The notes: generated by a model from the sequence alone, not told the origin. Counted from the first letter of the stretch, positions 20,901 through 30,299 are shown. The stretch: 64,000 bases of DNA from an uncultured Lentisphaerales bacterium (GCA_943788985.1 CALSSJ010000010.1:160001-224000); one strand, 5' to 3'. Numbers and translations: made by a program.

Positions 20901-21476
20901 CGGAAACGCCTGCGGCATCAAGCCTTCCCGGCCGAAGAGATCATGAAACAGCGTGCGTTGCGCGGCCTCGCGGGACGCGTCTTCTGCAGGAAACCGCGGA
21001 ATCGGCACCCCCATCTCCCAATGCCGAACCCAATCTTCCCGGTGGTATTCATACTCGAGAAACAACCGTGCCAGCTGGTCGCACAGCTGGCGTCGTCGCC
21101 GGGCGACGGACGCCGGGGCACCCGCCAGATATTCCTTGATCGGGGCCAGTCCGTCACGAGAGAGGTCCGCGCTGAGGATCGCCGACAGCGCCTCGGCCAC
21201 CAACTCCGTGGGCAACACTTCGGGGGGCTGCGCCGAGTGATCTAGGGTGCCCAACGCCTCGCGAAGGCCGTCCTCGAGATAGCGATACGTCACATTCGCC
21301 ACCACGCCGCAGCGCTCAGAAAGATGCGCCTCCAGCCAGCGTTGGGTCATGCTGTTCGGGGTAATGATCAGCGGCGACTCGAACGGATCCCCTGTCTGTT
21401 GGCGGTCCACAATTGCCGCGCCCAGGCGATCGGCCAGTGGCTCAAGAACCGGGCCGAAATGCAGCTCAATCGCCAT
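17910..21476 (-). CDS. recC: Exodeoxyribonuclease V gamma subunit RecC
   Basis: DPFESPLIITPNS, QLARLFLEYEYHREDW, NLCSEFWEDI, GIHREVE, DIAVLVPNIDQY, LPFRHIYVLGLQEGSFP, FLETLVSARQRLSLSY; about 1190 aa. Confidence 0.9.
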   Translation of the reverse strand: MAIELHFGPVLEPLADRLGAAIVDRQQTGDPFESPLIITPNSMTQRWLEAHLSERCGVVANVTYRYLEDGLREALGTLDHSAQPPEVLPTELVAEALSAILSADLSRDGLAPIKEYLAGAPASVARRRRQLCDQLARLFLEYEYHREDWVRHWEMGVPIPRFPAEDASREAAQRTLFHDLFGREGLMPQAFPAHRTLRHYATDVLSSLTLDKATGKHAYLFAVGGVSSFHRDLLLRLGQFMDLSLYQLNLCSEFWEDISTPREDRWLRTRGWQLNESDEGAEIAADPGDNVLLKQFGKAGREMIRLLSDLEERALDHVPCEVQLLDDSVPREAGLLATLQQQILTRAAPDGHTSRDDSITVSACQGIHREVECVQQAILLALGQDTSLELTDIAVLVPNIDQYWPVVRQLFDRTEAQLPYCAVETGRSSYCAYADGVRALLTLAEGRLTRPEVVSLLRNNCFLSSMRLTRDEVDQWVVWIEKLAVYHGFREQPSGSVRFTWMQAFRRLRLGHIYETDMAALGEEYDELALRTSQLPLPPYADLASLDEERVGQFGAILEALFARLEGVRSSQTGGQWAAALSALADTFLDDSQSYADARMRRRVRRGLETLREYDVCCGHLGRAQSRLTIEDVTARLEPLLRAGSGSHGRALASGVTIGPIRALHCLPFRHIYVLGLQEGSFPTRDTQTTLDLRAVRRRLGDLSRLEQQQYWFLETLVSARQRLSLSYVCRDLQKDQVHHPGSALQAVLDYLGEMTGERFPLTMMPLKATSGRYFTEEAGPWMTQLDRDVWEVAVAELAAAGQLSAKDQAQAKRSIARRQSQLPEASEEAQPDCDRVTVDDLYWALYNPVQATLRRHLRLYEADLTDADTTTFDQEPFITDKREALNLVLDACHEMIDQVGHGETLTQATALGTQWIADQHAMRQAAGHAPDEEFGNIDRHALLDKLGQRLKGGDRSPGLEDLLQNIAQPDYHARLSLGSEQRAGAFHCGNPEIAEIELAGDLRHVWRDPETGACEHLDVVRGKIFGSDPTVDALRAFLFFLTLKVADSAVPEEERMIGDAPFTVTLAFDGGVRSWRWSISMAASAQFLQKVVLVAGAANYQLLPLRNALDRNMAKPWADMTIAHEAEREQYARILTERITEENDKPWGAKNLKLQSLLPIEVPDDAYLRVRARFQLFMDAQPVRKFR

Positions 21477-21966
21477 TTTTCTCCTGGCGTGCGTCCTTTT
21501 CTTCCTGCCGCCGCCGCTCAAAGAACGAGCGCAGCACGTCCAGGCATTCCTCCTGCAGGACACCCGCAGTCACCTCAACCTGATGCAGCATGCCCGGAAA
21601 GCCGGTGATATCCAGCGCTCCGCCCGCAGCCCCGCTGCGCGGATCACCGACGCCGAATACGACGCGACTCAGCCTACTGTTCACCATCGCCCCGGCGCAC
21701 ATCGCACACGGTTCCTTGGTTACGTACAAGGTGGCTTCCAAAAGCCGCCAGCAGCCAAGCGCACTCGACGCCTGCGTCAGCGCCAGAATCTCTGCGTGTG
21801 CCGTCGCGTCTTGGAGCATTTCTACTTGGTTGAAAGCCCGGGCTACCACTTGGCCATTGGCCACGACCACCGCCCCTACCGGGACCTCATTCTGATCAGC
21901 AGCCTTGCACGCTTCACGCAACGCCATGCGCATGAAGGTCTCGTCGTTACGGTTCAATACATCCAT
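21466..21966 (-). CDS. tadA: tRNA adenosine(34) deaminase TadA
   Basis: EVPVGAVVV, DATAHAE, LYVTKEPCAMCAGA, FFERRR. Confidence 0.93.
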   Translation of the reverse strand: MDVLNRNDETFMRMALREACKAADQNEVPVGAVVVANGQVVARAFNQVEMLQDATAHAEILALTQASSALGCWRLLEATLYVTKEPCAMCAGAMVNSRLSRVVFGVGDPRSGAAGGALDITGFPGMLHQVEVTAGVLQEECLDVLRSFFERRRQEEKDARQEKNGD

Positions 21967-22169
21967 CTCTGCTCCCGATCCTGCGCCATCGCCAGCCGCA
22001 CATGTAGTGCACAATTGCCGCTCGGTCCACTTGATCCAGCGCCGGCGTGTCTCCGATTCGTCCGGGCGAAGAAACAATTACTCTCCTCAGCTTTCACGTG
22101 GCAGAGTCCCGGCGCGCCTTTACCATATCCGCGTCAGCACGCATTAGATTTCCCACAGGAACTTGCCAC

Positions 22170-23897
22170 TTGGAAAGCGCACATTACCTAAGCGAAGAAC
22201 ACATCCTCATCTTTCTCCTGCAGCTCTGTCTGTTACTAGGGGTTGCAAAGGTGCTTGGGGAGCTGGGACGTAAGTGGGGCTGTCCGCCGCTTGCTGGCGA
22301 GATCCTGACCGGTATTCTGCTCGGTCCGACCATCCTCGGGCGGGCGCTTCCAGAGTTGCAACTGCATTTATTCCCGCCCGATGTCACCCATCAGACGATG
22401 CTCGACACAGTCTCCTGGCTGGGCGTGCTCTTTCTCCTGCTGATCACCGGCTTCGAGGTTAACGTTTCCTCTGTCTGGAAACAGGGCAGGGCCGCGATGA
22501 CGATCGGTATCATTGGCGTCATCGTCCCGATGGCTGTCGGCTGCGCCGTATTCTGGTGGCTACCTGAGCGATACTACGGCAGCGCGGCCACGCAGCTTAC
22601 CTTTACCCTATTTATGGCCACCGCCGCCTCGATCAGCGCGATCACGGTCATCGCCCGCGTCCTCCATGACCTCGACGTGCTCCGCAGCGATGTCGGGCTC
22701 ACCACCCTCTCCGGCTTCATCGTCAATGATCTGTTCGGCTGGCTGATCTTCACCGTCGTTCTAGGCTTGTCCACGCAAGGCGGCGGCGGGTTCGAGAAGA
22801 CCGTGATGGTCTTCGTGCTCATCGTTTCGTTTGGCGCCTTCTGCCTCACTATCGGCAGCAAATTGGTCGGGTATGTCATGACCTGGCTCAACAAGACCAA
22901 CCTGCCTCAGCCAGCCACCACTCTGGCCGTGGTCTCCTGCCTGGGCCTCGCGTGTGGTGCGGTCACCCAAGCCATCGGCATCCACGCCATTCTGGGCTTC
23001 TTCATCGCTGGCATCATGGCCGGCAGTTCACCTGCCGTCTCAGAGCGTTCGCGCGAAATCATCTCGCAGATGATCCACGCAGTCTTCGTCCCCATCTTCT
23101 TTGCCTCCATCGGGCTCAAAATCGACTTTCTCAGCAACCTCGACGCACTCGTTGTCGTGGCCTTCACCTTGGTCGCCGTTGGCGGCAAGATGGGCGGTGC
23201 TTGGCTTGCCGCAGTCTTGTCCAAATTTAGCGCTGCAGACGCCCTTGCCATCGGCATCGCCTTCATTCCTGGCGGCGCCATGGAGATCATCCTCGGCATG
23301 CTGGCGTTGGAGCTGAAGCTCATCTCAGAAGATACCTTCGTGGCGATCGTGTTTGCCGCTATCCTCTCGTCCGTCATCGTCGGCCCGCTCTATGCCTGGG
23401 CGATTCGCCGTCAGCCAGGGCTCGACATTGGTGGCATCCTTAGCAAAGCCGGTCTGCTCGCCAGCATCCAGGGCCAGGATCGCTGGGATGTAATACCAGA
23501 ACTGTGCCAGCGACTCCCCCACGGGTTGGCCCCCCAAAGCCAGGAAGAGATCCAGCAAGCCGTGCGTGAGCGCGAGGAGCTGATGGGCACCGGATTGGAA
23601 GGCGGCGTGGCCGTGCCGCATGCGCGCTTGCCAGGACTGCAAAAGCCGGTTATTCTCTTTGGGCGCTCGCAGCATGGGATCGAGTGGGATTGCCGCGATG
23701 GCGTACCCGTTAAGTTTGTCTTTCTTATCCTGACCTCAGAAGAGCAGACCGACGTCCAGATTCCTATCCTGTCCGCCATCGCCATGGCCATGACCAACGA
23801 CGATATTCGCACCAGCATCGAAACCACATCAGCCAGCGACCTTCACAAGACACTTTCACGCGCACTGCGCGACGCCTCCAAGAAACGCCGCAGCTGA
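22170..23897 (+). CDS. Cation:proton antiporter (CPA2-like) with C-terminal PTS EIIA-type domain
   Basis: GEILTGILLGPT, GVLFLLLITGFE, VNDLFGW, FVPIFFASIG; C-terminal REELMGTGLEGGVAVPHAR. Likely TTG start at 22170 after AGGA. Confidence 0.88.
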   Translation: MESAHYLSEEHILIFLLQLCLLLGVAKVLGELGRKWGCPPLAGEILTGILLGPTILGRALPELQLHLFPPDVTHQTMLDTVSWLGVLFLLLITGFEVNVSSVWKQGRAAMTIGIIGVIVPMAVGCAVFWWLPERYYGSAATQLTFTLFMATAASISAITVIARVLHDLDVLRSDVGLTTLSGFIVNDLFGWLIFTVVLGLSTQGGGGFEKTVMVFVLIVSFGAFCLTIGSKLVGYVMTWLNKTNLPQPATTLAVVSCLGLACGAVTQAIGIHAILGFFIAGIMAGSSPAVSERSREIISQMIHAVFVPIFFASIGLKIDFLSNLDALVVVAFTLVAVGGKMGGAWLAAVLSKFSAADALAIGIAFIPGGAMEIILGMLALELKLISEDTFVAIVFAAILSSVIVGPLYAWAIRRQPGLDIGGILSKAGLLASIQGQDRWDVIPELCQRLPHGLAPQSQEEIQQAVREREELMGTGLEGGVAVPHARLPGLQKPVILFGRSQHGIEWDCRDGVPVKFVFLILTSEEQTDVQIPILSAIAMAMTNDDIRTSIETTSASDLHKTLSRALRDASKKRRS

Positions 23898-23932
23898 CAC
23901 GCCCTTTCCTCCCATCGAACAGTGACCACCCC

Positions 23933-24223
23933 ATGAAGAAAACGTTCAGCCTCACCCATAAGAAGATCAAACCGGCCCGCGTGGCAGAAGGCATTCGCTG
24001 CGAGATCAACCGTTACCTCAAACGCGAGCGCCGCCGCGAGTTGCCCGAGGGCAAAGATTTCTGGGACTTTGACTGCCGCTATGGCGCGACCGAGGCCGAG
24101 GCCAAGACGATTCACGTGACCGAACTAAATGCTTCGGTGATGGCCGCCGAAGCCGCGAACCTCGGATCCTGCTACATCGAGATTCTTCGCAAGGCTGCTA
24201 AGCGCACCAAGAAGCCCGAGTAA
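23933..24223 (+). CDS. DUF6172-like small conserved protein
   Basis: MKKTF...YLKRERRRELPEGKDFWDFDCRYG...YIEIL pattern. Confidence 0.75.
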   Translation: MKKTFSLTHKKIKPARVAEGIRCEINRYLKRERRRELPEGKDFWDFDCRYGATEAEAKTIHVTELNASVMAAEAANLGSCYIEILRKAAKRTKKPE

Positions 24224-24250
24224 GTCTGCGCAGATTTCTGTGTGTTACTC

Positions 24251-24733
24251 TTAATCTTGACGCCCTCCAGTTAGACCATTCATCCTCGCTCCGCCATCAT
24301 TCAGCGTCGCTATCGGGCCGAGTCCTTGCTCTGCCTGCGCCGTCCTGACTAGCAACGTCGCTACGCCTCCGCCCAGCGACAGGCAGCCATAGAAGCCCTC
24401 GTCCCAGATTTTCAGGTCGGGGGCACTCAGGCATTTGCGCATTGCGCGTAAAACTCAGCCTTCCATGCGGGACACGTGGTTGCCGATCACGTACTTCGGC
24501 TCACGCGGCACAATTGCCAGGCCGTGCAAGTGGTCCGGTATCACGGCGGTCACGCACAACTCGTAGGCTGGGTCTTCTTCGGCGATCTTGCGTCAGGCCT
24601 CCATGAGTCGCTCACCAGCAGGCTCGAGCCCTATGATAGGCGACAGCCATGGTCTTGGCTTGAGTGTGCCAAAGGTGACAAAGTGGGAGCCCTTCCCGCG
24701 GTAGTCATACCCGCGTACTCTCACATTTCCCAT
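24251..24733 (-). pseudogene. REP-associated tyrosine transposase (RAYT, IS200-like HUH) remnant
   Basis: Manual translation: MGNVRVRGYDYRGKGSHFVTFGT...LMEA*RKI...AVIPDHLHGL...MEG*VLR...IWDEGFY, with in-frame TGA at 24593 and 24455. Confidence 0.75.
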
Positions 24734-24794
24734 GTGGCTATTCCTCTTACGTTCTCTATGATGTCCGCCGCAAGCGACGGTATGACCTGGCTCT

Positions 24795-25234
24795 TCAATC
24801 CTCGGGCCCATCCGGCCCGTCTTGCTTGTCGAAGGCATTGCGCATCCGGTCGACGATCGCGCCTCCGCCTTTACGGTCTCCTCGATCGGCACCGCTCGAT
24901 GAAGGCGAGCGATGGAGCGGGTCGTGGACAACGTCTCATTCTTGGAAGGATTGCTGAAGGTGTACTCGACGTACTTGCCAACGCGGACGCGGTCAAGATG
25001 CTGAAGGGGACGCTCGTCGTAGACCTGCTCATCGTTCAGAAAGGTGCCGTTGCGGCTGCTGTAGTCGACCAGAGTGAAGGTGGACTCGTCGTACTTGCGG
25101 ACACCGGCGTGCTCGCGACTGATATCGGCGATGTGCTCGATGATGCAATGGCAGGAGGTCGAGCGCCCAATCAGGTTCAGCGGATGGGAAAGGTGAATCG
25201 TCTCGTCTGCACCATTTCGAATCAAGTCAGCCAC
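24795..25234 (-). CDS. FHA domain protein (probable frameshift near the 3' end, about 24860)
   Basis: LIGRSTSC...ISREHA...DYSSRNGTFLND. GTG 25234 overlaps the aroA stop. A natural-looking tail IVDRMRNAFDKQDGPDGPED* lies in a shifted frame ending at 24795. Confidence 0.7.
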
Positions 25235-26507
25235 CGTCGCGTGTCTCCAGGATTCCACCAAGTGCGCAATAATGTTGCGCAAACTCTGGAAAAGTAACGC
25301 CTGAGGCTTCTGCTGTCGAGATTTTAGTCTCGCCTTCTGCCTGGCTAGCGGCAATTGCCAAGGACATCACGACACGGTGATCATGGTGACCATTCACGGA
25401 TGCGCCGCGCAGGGAGCTCTCACGAATGACCAAACCGTCCGGAAGTTCCTCGATGTCCGCGCCCATTTTGCGGAGTTCGCCACACATCACGGCGATTCGG
25501 TCGGTCTCCTTCATACGTGCCTGCGGGACGTTGAGCAGGCGGGTCGTGCCTTTGGCAAAGCAGCCAACTACGGCCATCATCGGCAAGGCATCGGGGCAGT
25601 CGTTCATGTCGGCCTCGATCCCGCTGAGCTGGGCGGCGCGCACCTGAATCCCCGCTGCGGACTCCGCAATCTCTGCGCCCATCTCACGGAGAAATCCGAC
25701 CACAGCCTTATCGCTCTGGGCATCGCCCATATCGAGCCCGCTCGAGCAGATGGCGTTGTTGCCAAGGGCGCCAGCGGCCAGGAAGAAGGTGGCGGTAGAG
25801 AAGTCCGCGGGGATGGCTCGATCGAAGGCCTGAAAGGTCTGATTGCCGGGTATTTCAAAATGCTCGAGCCCGTCTCGCTCAAGCTTCACTCCGAGGGATT
25901 CGAGCCAGCGCAGGGTCATTTCTACATACGGGCGCTCGTACAACAGCGGGACATCGATGATGGAGTCGCCGTCCGCTAGAGGGCAGCACAGCAGCAGACT
26001 CGTGAGATATTGGCTGGTCTTGCAGGAAATGCTGGTGTGCCCACCACGCAGAACGCCTGCTACCTCAAAGGGAGCAGCCCCGTCAGGTCCAAGGCTGCGC
26101 GCAGTGGCACCAAGGTCGTTCAACGCGTCGACCAACGGTCCACAGCTGCGGCGCTGAATTTGGGCATCGCCGGTCAGCCGTACGGTTCCCGTCGGGAGGA
26201 GGGCGCAGGTGCCGAGAGCGACGCGCATGGTCGTCCCGGAGTTCATCACATCGAGCTCGGTTTGCGGACTCCGCAAACGCCCGCCAATGCCACGAATCAA
26301 CCAGCGATCTTCTTGTTGGTCGATCTCTGCGCCAAGCGCGCCATAGACGCGGACGGCGGCGGCGGTATCGCTGGATGCCAAGGGCCGGTGCAACACGCTC
26401 TGGCCATCACCCAAGCTGGCGAGTAGAACCGCGCGAATGGTGTGCGACTTCGAGCCCGGGATGTTCACGGTGCCTTGAAGCCCGGCTGGCTGACAGATAA
26501 ACTCCAC
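25227..26507 (-). CDS. aroA: 3-phosphoshikimate 1-carboxyvinyltransferase
   Basis: PGSKSHTIRA, NSGTTMR, SQYLTSLL, PYVEMT, RMKETDRI, HDHRVVM, TFPEF. GTG 26507 with AGGAGAG RBS. Confidence 0.95.
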   Translation of the reverse strand: MEFICQPAGLQGTVNIPGSKSHTIRAVLLASLGDGQSVLHRPLASSDTAAAVRVYGALGAEIDQQEDRWLIRGIGGRLRSPQTELDVMNSGTTMRVALGTCALLPTGTVRLTGDAQIQRRSCGPLVDALNDLGATARSLGPDGAAPFEVAGVLRGGHTSISCKTSQYLTSLLLCCPLADGDSIIDVPLLYERPYVEMTLRWLESLGVKLERDGLEHFEIPGNQTFQAFDRAIPADFSTATFFLAAGALGNNAICSSGLDMGDAQSDKAVVGFLREMGAEIAESAAGIQVRAAQLSGIEADMNDCPDALPMMAVVGCFAKGTTRLLNVPQARMKETDRIAVMCGELRKMGADIEELPDGLVIRESSLRGASVNGHHDHRVVMSLAIAASQAEGETKISTAEASGVTFPEFAQHYCALGGILETRDGG

Positions 26508-26571
26508 GATCTCTCCTGAAAAATCGGTACGATAGTCCCGGGCGGCATAAGTTCCCCCCGCGACGAGCCAG

Positions 26572-28449
26572 TCAGGGCGCCTGGCGTTGGAGTACCGATT
26601 CGTCGAGCATGGGCTCACCGCGGATCCACCACTCTCCGGTCTCGCGCCGGGTCTTGGGATCGGCCAAGGTGTAGTCGTAGAAGACCACCCGCAGGTACGT
26701 CGGTGGGGCGTTGGGGAATGGATTATGGGCAAGCAGTGCGGAGACCGCAGCTGGATCGCTCTGGAGCTTGGCAAGCAGGCGCAGGAAGTAGCTCCGGCTG
26801 CCGTCACGGACTTGTTGCTGGGTCTCGATCCAGAAATGGTAGTTGTGCTTTTTTTGGGAGCGTGCCACAGCGTTCTTCCAACCGCTCTTGGAGAAGGCGA
26901 GGAACCAGAGCTGAAAGTCGAATCGGGGCTGATGAGGGGCGATGAAGCGGGGTGCTTTGTCGGTGGCACCGGGCGCATAGTGGAAGCGATAAGGCAGCCA
27001 GGTTTCGCGGTCGTTGCTGCCCTGGATTTCTGGCATGACGCGCTCGCGGGTGATGCTGGCGAATAGGTGATAGACGTTGACGATCCGAAAGGGGGCGTAG
27101 CAATTGCGCAGGCTGTGCAGAGTCGAAATCGCCGGTCCGCTGGACTTACGATCGAGGGCGAATGTCGCAAACGACACCAGCGAGGCGGTCACCAGCAGTG
27201 TGGCTGGCAGCGCTATGAGTGCGGTGCGGGCCATCCGCCACCGGCGTGGACGAAGCCACAGCGGCGCGACTCGCCCGCGCAGCAGCAGACCCCAGATCCG
27301 ATCGTCCAGCAGGAACAGATTCAGGCACAGCGAAAGTACGTTGAAGAAGGCGTAATTGCCGGTGGCGATGATCCCAAGCTGTAGTCCGCTGAACAGCACG
27401 AACAGAACAGCCCGTATCCGCGGAGTGCTGAAGATGAAGACCGGCAGCAGGATCTCGATGACCAGGGTGGCGAGGGTTTCCCACTCGTGAAATGCTGGTG
27501 GCAGATGGTGCAGGATGTGGGTGAGTGGTGTGGGCAAGGGGACTGTTTGGTAGTAGCTGCCCATGGCGGAAAGGTCGAGCCAGCCGCCACGGCTGCCAGC
27601 CAAGACTTTCGCGCAGCCTGACTCGAAGAGAAGCCGAAACAGCATCCACTGCATGACAAATACACCGATGGGCCCGGGAGAAGGCAGGCCGCGGATTTCG
27701 CGGGCGCCGGGCAACAGTCTGGCACCAGCCATCGGCAGCAGCAAGGCAAGCACACCGAGCTCGAGCAGCAGGTTATCCCACTGGAAATTCAGGAAGGGCG
27801 AGCCGACGCTGCAGAACGAGAGATAGAGGCCGACTTGTGCGAAGATCGCAATGCGTGGCAGCATGCGCAGCCAGATCGGGACGCTGAGCAACGCTCCGAG
27901 CAGGGCCAGCCCGCGCAGCGCGCCGTCCGTGGGCGCGATCCAGCGAAACACGCTGGGTGCCCGGTGCCACGGCACGGCTTGCAACCTTTCAGCGGCGTCA
28001 AGGGCTGGCATCAGCCCGTTTTCTCCCAACAGCGGAATAATCTGCGAGCGCAAAGATAGAAAGGCCACGGCCATGACCGCGGCGAGAAGATGAACGAACA
28101 GGTGGCTGCTGACGGCAAAGCTCTGCTGCGCTGGACGTTCACCCAGTTCGGGACGGGGATCCCAAGGGCGCGGGCCTAGGAGCCAAGTTTGTAGCCAAGT
28201 AGGCCAGCAGTGGAGACGCAGGGCGCGGAGGCAGCGCCAGCGCGGATGACAAAGCAGTGCCTCACGGCGGGCACTGAGCCCGCTAGTGAGCGTGCCGTCC
28301 GCCGCCACCAGGGCCGCCTCCACGGCCTCGTCGTCCTCCACCAGGGAAAGCTGGCCACCGCTCAGCCGTTGAAGGATGGAGATCTCCTGCTGGTCGGCTA
28401 TTGTTGCGGTGGGTGCCCAGATTTCGGGCGGCGGCTCGATTGTGATCAC
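26572..28449 (-). CDS. Lipase maturation factor (LMF) family membrane protein with degenerate DCC-like N-terminus
   Basis: QIIPLLGENGLMPA, FLNFQWDNLLLE, FRLLFESG, YYQTVPLPTP, ATGNYAFFN, VNVYHLFA, APHQPRFDFQLWF. Confidence 0.88.
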   Translation of the reverse strand: MITIEPPPEIWAPTATIADQQEISILQRLSGGQLSLVEDDEAVEAALVAADGTLTSGLSARREALLCHPRWRCLRALRLHCWPTWLQTWLLGPRPWDPRPELGERPAQQSFAVSSHLFVHLLAAVMAVAFLSLRSQIIPLLGENGLMPALDAAERLQAVPWHRAPSVFRWIAPTDGALRGLALLGALLSVPIWLRMLPRIAIFAQVGLYLSFCSVGSPFLNFQWDNLLLELGVLALLLPMAGARLLPGAREIRGLPSPGPIGVFVMQWMLFRLLFESGCAKVLAGSRGGWLDLSAMGSYYQTVPLPTPLTHILHHLPPAFHEWETLATLVIEILLPVFIFSTPRIRAVLFVLFSGLQLGIIATGNYAFFNVLSLCLNLFLLDDRIWGLLLRGRVAPLWLRPRRWRMARTALIALPATLLVTASLVSFATFALDRKSSGPAISTLHSLRNCYAPFRIVNVYHLFASITRERVMPEIQGSNDRETWLPYRFHYAPGATDKAPRFIAPHQPRFDFQLWFLAFSKSGWKNAVARSQKKHNYHFWIETQQQVRDGSRSYFLRLLAKLQSDPAAVSALLAHNPFPNAPPTYLRVVFYDYTLADPKTRRETGEWWIRGEPMLDESVLQRQAP

Positions 28450-28451
28450 GG

Positions 28452-30161
28452 CTATGGGGCTACCGAGAGGGCAAAGCAGGCTACTTCTCGGGCATTGCGC
28501 ACATAGAGACGATTGCCGACAATCAGAGGATGGTTCCAGGTTTTGCCCTTTAAGAGAGCGGCGCGGCCCAGTTCTTCGTGGGCATCGGGCGTGATTCGCA
28601 CCCAGACGCCCTCGCCGGTCTCGCTCAACACCAGCAGCGCTTCCGAGGCGGTAACTGCCAGCAACTGGCCCTTTCCATAACGGCCACCGCGCCAGGCGCG
28701 TTCACCAGTTTCGACCGAGATGCAAGTGAGCGTGCCGCCGTTAAAGCCGTAGAGGTAGCCATCCATAATCACGCAGTCGTTGAAGTCTGATTTCAGGTGG
28801 CGGCTTTTCCAGACCGACGCGCCAGAGATAGTGTCTTGGTCTCGAGAAAAGTTGACACGCTGAGCGCCGCTGTTGCCGATGATGATTACGTCATCGCCCA
28901 CGATCGCGGGTTGCAACACCCGGTAGCCGCGCTCCTGCCAGTCATAGTCCAGCAGCACCTTGCCCTGATGATCGTAGCCATGAAGGCCGGCGTTGGTCTG
29001 CATCAGGATGAGTTCCTGGCCCAGAAGTGTAGCCAAGTGCGCTGAGCCGTACGAATGGTCGCCCGCGGGCGCAGACCAGGCAAGCTCACCGGTCTCGATC
29101 TGAAAGGCCATGGTACCAAGCGCACCAGTGCCGCCCGCATGTACGATGACCAGCTCTCCGGTCACCAATGGTGAGGCGCTAAAGCCCCAGTCAGGCGGCG
29201 TCCGCTTGGCCAGTTCCTGCAGCCGTTGCTGCCAGACGATATCACCCGTAGCCGGGCTGAGGCGTAGCAGTGCTCCGTTTGCCCCCAGCGTAAACAGGCC
29301 ACCCGCGGCCAGCGTGGGCGTGGCGCGAGGCCCGGGCCCGCCAAGCGCTTCATCGAACCGCGTCTCTAGAGATTGCACCCAGACCACTTCGCCAGTGGCG
29401 GCCTGGTAGCAGACCACTGCCTCGTGATCGCCGCGCTGCTCTTGGGTATAGAGATAGCCGTTGGCGCTGGCGAAGGAAGACCAGCCGGGTGCGACTTCGC
29501 GGCGCCACAGAGCCTGCGGCGGGTTGTCCGACCAGTTCGTGGCAAAGCGCAGGCCACTTAGAATGCCGTCTCGGCGTGGTCCTCGATATCCAGGCCAGTC
29601 GGGTGCTGAGTCAGCCGCTGACTCGACCTGTCGGGCAGGCCCGTCTACCTTGGTTGCGAACTTCGCAACCGTCTTCCAGCGAAAGACAAAGCTGGCGCTG
29701 TAGTCGCCCCACATCCCGTCATTGCGAACCAGAGCGGCGACTGCAAAGGCGCAGGCGCAGCACCCGAGGATGAGAAAGCGCCGGTGTTGATGGCCCGCGA
29801 AGAGAATTGCGGACAGCGCAAACACGCCCATTCCCAAAGGAACAGCGAGCAGGATGGTGCCCGGGCCGCGCATACTCGGATCCCCCACAACGACCGCAAG
29901 GACCGCGCTCGCGACACAGCCCACGCCCACAAGCGCACGCTCCCGACCGGGAGCACGGCTGAGCGTCAGCCACCAGAATAGAATAAGGGCCCCGCAGCCC
30001 GCAGGGCCCATGGCGGCAACGACCGAGACCCAACTCGGGAGATCGCCGGGTAGCAACGGCAAGCCGCGCAGCACCAAGATACCAACCAAAAGGAATCCCG
30101 CCGGCCAGGTACGAAGTGGCTGCGGGGTAGGGTGGGGATTGTCGCCTGGCTGATTGTCCAT
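28452..30161 (-). CDS. Membrane-anchored PQQ-like beta-propeller repeat protein
   Basis: N-terminal TMs, WPGYRGPRRDG, GPGPRATP, WGFSASP, KTWNHP...LYVRN; PVC-type family. Confidence 0.85.
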   Translation of the reverse strand: MDNQPGDNPHPTPQPLRTWPAGFLLVGILVLRGLPLLPGDLPSWVSVVAAMGPAGCGALILFWWLTLSRAPGRERALVGVGCVASAVLAVVVGDPSMRGPGTILLAVPLGMGVFALSAILFAGHQHRRFLILGCCACAFAVAALVRNDGMWGDYSASFVFRWKTVAKFATKVDGPARQVESAADSAPDWPGYRGPRRDGILSGLRFATNWSDNPPQALWRREVAPGWSSFASANGYLYTQEQRGDHEAVVCYQAATGEVVWVQSLETRFDEALGGPGPRATPTLAAGGLFTLGANGALLRLSPATGDIVWQQRLQELAKRTPPDWGFSASPLVTGELVIVHAGGTGALGTMAFQIETGELAWSAPAGDHSYGSAHLATLLGQELILMQTNAGLHGYDHQGKVLLDYDWQERGYRVLQPAIVGDDVIIIGNSGAQRVNFSRDQDTISGASVWKSRHLKSDFNDCVIMDGYLYGFNGGTLTCISVETGERAWRGGRYGKGQLLAVTASEALLVLSETGEGVWVRITPDAHEELGRAALLKGKTWNHPLIVGNRLYVRNAREVACFALSVAP

Positions 30162-30243
30162 GTGCTGCTCATCCAAAGGAGGTGCTGAGCTAGTAGCATA
30201 AGCGGCACTTCTTGTGCAGGCAAGTCGCCCGATCTCTGTAACC

Positions 30244-30271
30244 TTTACATATCGAGACCTAGCGATATATT
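30244..30271 (+). promoter_or_regulatory. Promoter with overlapping ArsR-type operator
   Basis: TTTACA-16-TATATT overlapped by the inverted repeat ATATCG-N8-CGATAT (30249-30268), about 30 nt before the ArsR ATG. Confidence 0.55.
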
Positions 30272-30299
30272 GAGGTATCTTAAAAAGAGAAGTCAAGCG

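Noticed and set aside
24593..25354. Apparent FHA-transposase fusion (253-aa ORF)
   Set aside because: The FHA gene has a natural C-terminus in another frame ending at 24795 and the RAYT remnant has its own RBS and ATG. The join comes from a frameshift near 24860.
26508..27170. 220-aa N-terminal extension on AroA
   Set aside because: It overlaps the LMF gene in another frame, and aroA has a good RBS and GTG at 26507.
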